The notes under the pieces were generated by a model. The model searched no databases. It had not been told where the DNA came from and saw only the letters and a list, made by a program, of their open reading frames with translations. A stretch of DNA of 64,000 nt from Candidatus Marinacidobacterales bacterium (GTDB taxonomy: Bacteria > Acidobacteriota > Vicinamibacteria > Marinacidobacterales > DATDRI01), in contig CBDCNP010000002.1 of assembly GCA_965219415.1 (NCBI GenBank), positions 5,312,001 to 5,376,000 of the forward strand, written 5' to 3'. The first letter of the stretch is position 1, and the number at the start of each line of letters is the position of its first letter. A program made the position numbers and the translations under genes. Positions 59,700 through 64,000 of this stretch are shown piece after piece.

Positions 59700-61388
59700 C
59701 TATTTGAATGCCTGAGCCGGTATGGGGGAGCTCCGTTCGCTTTCGTTGGGAGACTCGGCGGAATCTACCGCGCTCACCGCGTAAAAGTAGTTCTCACCTG
59801 GACTCACATCGCTGTCGGTAAAGCTCGGCAACGGAATCGGTTCCTTTGTCAGAAGCTCGAAGGGTCCTCTTCTCTTGTCGGCCCGATAAACGAAGAATCC
59901 TTTTAGATCCCGCGCGTCGGACTCACTCCAGGAAATCATGATTCCGTCCGGGGTCTCGAGGGCGACCAGTCGGGATGGGGCGGCGGGCGGGAATGTGTCG
60001 ATGGGCTTCAGACAGATTTCGTCGGCGCTCTCGCTTTCGATGAGGGATGGAGGTTCGGGTGGCAAAAGCTGTTTGGCCTGCTCGAGATTCGTCCCGGCCG
60101 CACCCTTCAACCCTCCCGCAACATTACTGGGAGCATTCTCAATCTTGCTAGCCGCGGTTTCCATTTGTTCATCCGATGGCATGGGGAGCTCGGAACCTTC
60201 GGTCCCGTCAACAAGAGCCTCGGGCGGAGGTTCGGGCACAATCGGAATCGCCACTCCTCGCACGACGTAACACCAGTCGCTGCCAAATTTCACGTTTCGA
60301 TCTTCGAACGCCGACTCTACCAGAGGTTTTTTGTTCACCGGCGCGGTCGATGGGTAAGTTCCGTCCGCAGGTTTCCGGTACACATTGAAGCCGAGCTCGA
60401 AGGTCACGCCTTCTTCTTCCGAAGCGTCCGCGGCCTCCCGCCATTCCGCCAAACCCAGTGGTTCCTCCCAGGCGATCCTCACCAGGCCGTCGTACGCCGT
60501 AGCCGAAAGCCCCGACGGCGCTGGAAGCGGTGGCGCAGGCTCGATCGAGGTTGGACGGGAATGGGCGCCCTTCAACCCCTTCGGATTGACGTACCGAACC
60601 GCGTACTCGAGCTGCTTACCCTGCCACCGAGGCTTCCACTCATCCTCGTAAGACAGCGGGCTCCCGGACGCGTCCACCTCGAGCTTAGCGATGATCCTCG
60701 CTTCCGCACCGAATCCTTTGGGCTTGAGTGACAGTTGGATTGCTGACGGGGGAGGGGTCATGACCAAGGGGCCATCGCCCTCTGCCACTCCTTCCGTTTG
60801 CCCTGCGGTTGCCCCTTCACGGGGCGAGTCCGTGGCCTCTTGGCCAGTTTCCTGAGACGGGCTCGAGGTCACCGCAGCCGGTTCGGACGGTTCCCCTGCA
60901 GGAGCCGTCGGAGTGTTCGGGTTGACCTCCGGCTGTGCCGTGTCGTCCATGCTAGGCGTGGTAGGTACGGTCGTTGCGGCCGGAGTTGTGCCGGCCACTT
61001 CGGGCTCGCCCGCGGTCACCGTGCCCGGGGTCGTGCTCCCCTCCGCTTCGGTGACACCAAGGCTTCCCTCGGTGTCCAAGATCACCGGGGTCTCCGAGGC
61101 TTCCAGCACCGGTGGCGGCGGCTCGACGATCCGTCGAAGCACTTCGACCTGCTCCAGTCGAAGCTCGGAGCCATCGGTCGTCTTGGTCGGAGGCTCCCAT
61201 TCGATAACGATGACCGGACCACGTTGAGAGACCCGAGCCTTGGGTACCGGAGAAGGAATGTGTTGAAACGGAGGCAGCGGATCGCCCCTCTTCCCACAAG
61301 CAGTTGAGCTCGCGGTCAGCAGTAGAAGGGCCAGGAGTGCAAGTGAAGCCGCGCGGGAGCCCAGGTGCGATAGCCTAACGCCAGGCAT
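59700..61388 (-). CDS. Lipoprotein with fibronectin type III domains and a long Pro/Thr/Glu-rich linker
   Basis: Lipobox STAC-GKRGDPLPP and FN3 motifs (GFNVYR, YAVSAVD..PNES). Confidence 0.75.
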   Translation of the reverse strand: MPGVRLSHLGSRAASLALLALLLLTASSTACGKRGDPLPPFQHIPSPVPKARVSQRGPVIVIEWEPPTKTTDGSELRLEQVEVLRRIVEPPPPVLEASETPVILDTEGSLGVTEAEGSTTPGTVTAGEPEVAGTTPAATTVPTTPSMDDTAQPEVNPNTPTAPAGEPSEPAAVTSSPSQETGQEATDSPREGATAGQTEGVAEGDGPLVMTPPPSAIQLSLKPKGFGAEARIIAKLEVDASGSPLSYEDEWKPRWQGKQLEYAVRYVNPKGLKGAHSRPTSIEPAPPLPAPSGLSATAYDGLVRIAWEEPLGLAEWREAADASEEEGVTFELGFNVYRKPADGTYPSTAPVNKKPLVESAFEDRNVKFGSDWCYVVRGVAIPIVPEPPPEALVDGTEGSELPMPSDEQMETAASKIENAPSNVAGGLKGAAGTNLEQAKQLLPPEPPSLIESESADEICLKPIDTFPPAAPSRLVALETPDGIMISWSESDARDLKGFFVYRADKRRGPFELLTKEPIPLPSFTDSDVSPGENYFYAVSAVDSAESPNESERSSPIPAQAFK

Positions 61389-61392
61389 CCGG

Positions 61393-62793
61393 TTAGAGAA
61401 TATAACGGGAGAGATCGTCGTCCTTGGCCACCTCGTCGACCATCTTACCGACGTAGGCGGCGTCGATGACCCATTTCTTCTGCGTCAAGTCGGGCGCTTC
61501 GAAGGAAAGCTCGTCGAGGACTCTTTCCATGATCGTATGGAGGCGCCGCGCGCCGATGTTCTCGGTAGCCTCGTTGACTCGCATCGAATAAGAAGCCACT
61601 GAATCGACGGCGTCTTCGGTGAAGTCCAAATCGATGCCTTCGGTAGCCAGTAACGCCTTGTATTGTTTGAGCAGTGCGTTCTTCGGCTCCTTCAAGATCC
61701 GCACGAAATCCTCCTTCGTCAAAGACGAAAGCTCCACGCGGATCGGAAACCGTCCCTGCAGCTCGGGGATGAGATCGGAAGGTTTGGAAACGTGAAAAGC
61801 CCCCGCCGCAATGAACAGGAAGTGGTCGGTTCGCACCATTCCATATTTCGTCGAGACCGAGGTCCCTTCCACGATCGGCAGTAGATCACGCTGGACGCCC
61901 TCGCGAGAAACATCCGGACCGTGGCCACCTTCTCTCCCCGCGATTTTGTCCAGCTCGTCCACGAAGATAATTCCCGTCTGCTCGGTACGCTCCACAGCAA
62001 GACGCGCCACTTGCTCCATGTCGACCAGCTTCTGTTCCTCCTCCTGGATCAAGTACTCGAGTGCCTCCGGCACCTTCACCTTCCGCTTCCGCGTCTTGCC
62101 ACCGAAAAGGCCGGGGAGCATGTCTTTCAAGTTGATGTCCATCTCCTCGACCCCACCACTGGTGATGATCTCGAAGGAGGGGAACGCCCGCTCCCGGACG
62201 TCAAGCTCTACGGCGCGGTTATCCAACTTTCCACCGCGCAGCTGAGTCCTTAGCTTCGCGCGAGTGGCCTGAAAATCGTTTTGGGCGGCGTGTTGTTGCG
62301 CCGCCTGGTCCGGATCGGTGCGGAAAACCGGTTTCAGAGGAGGCAGCAACAGATCTAACAAGCGGTCCTCGGCGTTTTCTTCCGCTTTATCCTGGACTTC
62401 GTAGATCTTCTCCTCCCGGACCATATCTACCGCGATCTCGACCAAATCTCGCACCATCGATTCCACGTCCCGGCCCACGTAACCGACTTCGGTGAACTTC
62501 GAAGCCTCGACTTTGGTGAACGGCGAGCCCGACAGACGAGCCAGTCGTCGTGCGATCTCGGTCTTGCCGACGCCGGTGGGTCCGATCATGATGATGTTCT
62601 TCGGTGCCACTTCGTCCGCCATCTCGGGCGGGAGCTTCAACCGACGCATTCGATTGCGGAGCGCGATCGCCACCGCGCGCTTTGCGGCGTGCTGGCCGAT
62701 CACGTACTTGTCCAGCTCCTCTACGATCTGGCGTGGGGTGAGCTGATCCAGCGAATTGCTAGTGCCGGCGGTTTCGGGCAGGAAAAAGACCAT
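61393..62793 (-). CDS. hslU: ATP-dependent protease ATPase subunit HslU
   Basis: [23 protein letters not shown] and ENIGARRL motifs. Confidence 0.98.
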   Translation of the reverse strand: MVFFLPETAGTSNSLDQLTPRQIVEELDKYVIGQHAAKRAVAIALRNRMRRLKLPPEMADEVAPKNIIMIGPTGVGKTEIARRLARLSGSPFTKVEASKFTEVGYVGRDVESMVRDLVEIAVDMVREEKIYEVQDKAEENAEDRLLDLLLPPLKPVFRTDPDQAAQQHAAQNDFQATRAKLRTQLRGGKLDNRAVELDVRERAFPSFEIITSGGVEEMDINLKDMLPGLFGGKTRKRKVKVPEALEYLIQEEEQKLVDMEQVARLAVERTEQTGIIFVDELDKIAGREGGHGPDVSREGVQRDLLPIVEGTSVSTKYGMVRTDHFLFIAAGAFHVSKPSDLIPELQGRFPIRVELSSLTKEDFVRILKEPKNALLKQYKALLATEGIDLDFTEDAVDSVASYSMRVNEATENIGARRLHTIMERVLDELSFEAPDLTQKKWVIDAAYVGKMVDEVAKDDDLSRYIL

Positions 62794-62815
62794 CGTTTAC
62801 CGTGCCGTCCTTCTA

Positions 62816-63370
62816 TTAGATCTCCTCGAGCATGATCTGCGAATTCGTGTACACGCAAATCCCAGCCGCGACTTGCATCGCCTCGGTCGCGACCTGGGCG
62901 GCGGATAGCTTGGTGTGCGATAGCAAAGCCCGAGCCGCCGCCAGTGCGTAGGGGCCACCGGAACCAATGGCGATGACGCCGTCGTCCGGTTCGATCAGAT
63001 CGCCGTTGCCAGAAAGCAAGAACACATGCTGCGAATCGGCAACGAGCAGCAGCGCATCCAAACGCCGGAGCACGCGATCGGTTCGCCAATCTTTCGCCAG
63101 CTCCACCGAGGCCCGTTCGAGGTTTCCACGATATTCTTGAAGCTTGCCTTCGAACTTCGTGAAGAGCGCCTGAGCATCGGCGGTGGTGCCGGCGAATCCC
63201 GCCAGGACCTGGCCATTAGAAAGCCGTCTCAGTTTTTTTGCCCCGTGCTTCACCACCGTGTCGCCCAGGGTGACCTGTCCATCGGCGGCGATTGCGGTCT
63301 TGTCGTCACGTCGGACAGCGAGGACCGTCGTTCCGTGGGCTCGGGGCGAGCGCGTTCCGTTGATCACCAA
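62816..63370 (-). CDS. hslV: ATP-dependent protease subunit HslV
   Basis: HGTTVL with the N-terminal Thr nucleophile after a short propeptide, DGQVT, GSGG and ICVYTN. Confidence 0.97.
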   Translation of the reverse strand: MVINGTRSPRAHGTTVLAVRRDDKTAIAADGQVTLGDTVVKHGAKKLRRLSNGQVLAGFAGTTADAQALFTKFEGKLQEYRGNLERASVELAKDWRTDRVLRRLDALLLVADSQHVFLLSGNGDLIEPDDGVIAIGSGGPYALAAARALLSHTKLSAAQVATEAMQVAAGICVYTNSQIMLEEI

Positions 63371-63389
63371 AGGAGTATACTTAATGTGT

Positions 63390-64000
63390 TTAACCGGCGC
63401 AAAAGGCTGAACCGATTCCCTTTATACCGAACCGCCGGAGCAATTGCTCGATGAGGGATTCGCGAAGCAAGTCGGCGGCCGACTTCTCTTCATAATCTTC
63501 CGGGATGTTGAACGCGTCTTCGGGGGTCTTCCGTCGTTCCTCGATTCGAAGGATCCGCGGACGGCTCAAAAACACGAACCGCTCCTCGGAAACGAGCGGT
63601 AGCCTCGGAAGGCTCGCATAGAGCTCGAGCCGTTTCTCCTGTGCCGCCTCGGGCTCGGGTTCTCCCCAGAACTCCTGATAGACCTCGGTCCATTGAAAAA
63701 ACAGCGTGGGAGAAGCCCTCGGATCCAACCGGTACTCGGCGACCGGTCGATCGTACTCCGGACTATCGCCAACGTAATGGAGCCCTTGCCTTCCATCAGG
63801 AAGGCGTGCATGGCCCCTTTCCTCCAACGAAACACCCTCGATGAGATCGGGGCTTACCGACGAAACCCACGGAAACCAATTTCGCGCTACCAGCTCTGCA
63901 TCAACAACCTGAGGCAAGATACCGGAATCAATACGGACAAAGTATTTGTCTTTGGGATGTACCAGGGTCAGGGTCGGTGTCGATACGTCCAGGATCAAAT
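63390..64000 (-). CDS. Hypothetical protein, 5' end outside the window
   Basis: Open frame to the window edge, co-oriented with hsl[11 protein letters not shown] resembles DUF4412-type C-termini (weak). Confidence 0.5.
   Translation of the reverse strand, partial: LILDVSTPTLTLVHPKDKYFVRIDSGILPQVVDAELVARNWFPWVSSVSPDLIEGVSLEERGHARLPDGRQGLHYVGDSPEYDRPVAEYRLDPRASPTLFFQWTEVYQEFWGEPEPEAAQEKRLELYASLPRLPLVSEERFVFLSRPRILRIEERRKTPEDAFNIPEDYEEKSAADLLRESLIEQLLRRFGIKGIGSAFCAG

Overview
A GC-rich bacterial chromosomal window. The gene content (TPR/FG-GAP proteins, many sigma54 regulators, TamB/Omp85 locus) looks like Acidobacteriota, which is an inference. The left 13 kb is an accessory island: a membrane-sensor/PAS sigma54 activator, broken by an IS256 element, sits upstream of a complete enhancer/IHF/-24-12 promoter. 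That promoter points into an operon of ABM-like protein, three beta-barrel-like proteins, an arylsulfatase, a POTRA-less Omp85 and a secreted protein. A divergent secreted-protein gene is broken by an ISL3 element, and an orphan antitoxin follows. The rest is largely intact core-like content: ABC-F, rnhA, glycosyltransferases, PhzF-like, GGT, SBP plus two-component system, sigma70 factor, cysM-JAB-(Ubl-MoeB-rhodanese), SurA-Omp85-TamB, acyl-CoA carboxylase, transaldolase, hslVU. The best hidden signal is an AhpD/CMD-family selenoprotein (24670-25200) that the ORF track splits at an in-frame TGA in a CxxU motif, followed by a hairpin with E. coli fdhF-like SECIS geometry. Many single-base frameshifts fall in homopolymers and may be sequencing errors. 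I saw no rRNA, tRNA or CRISPR array. All family calls come from motif recognition, not database searches.
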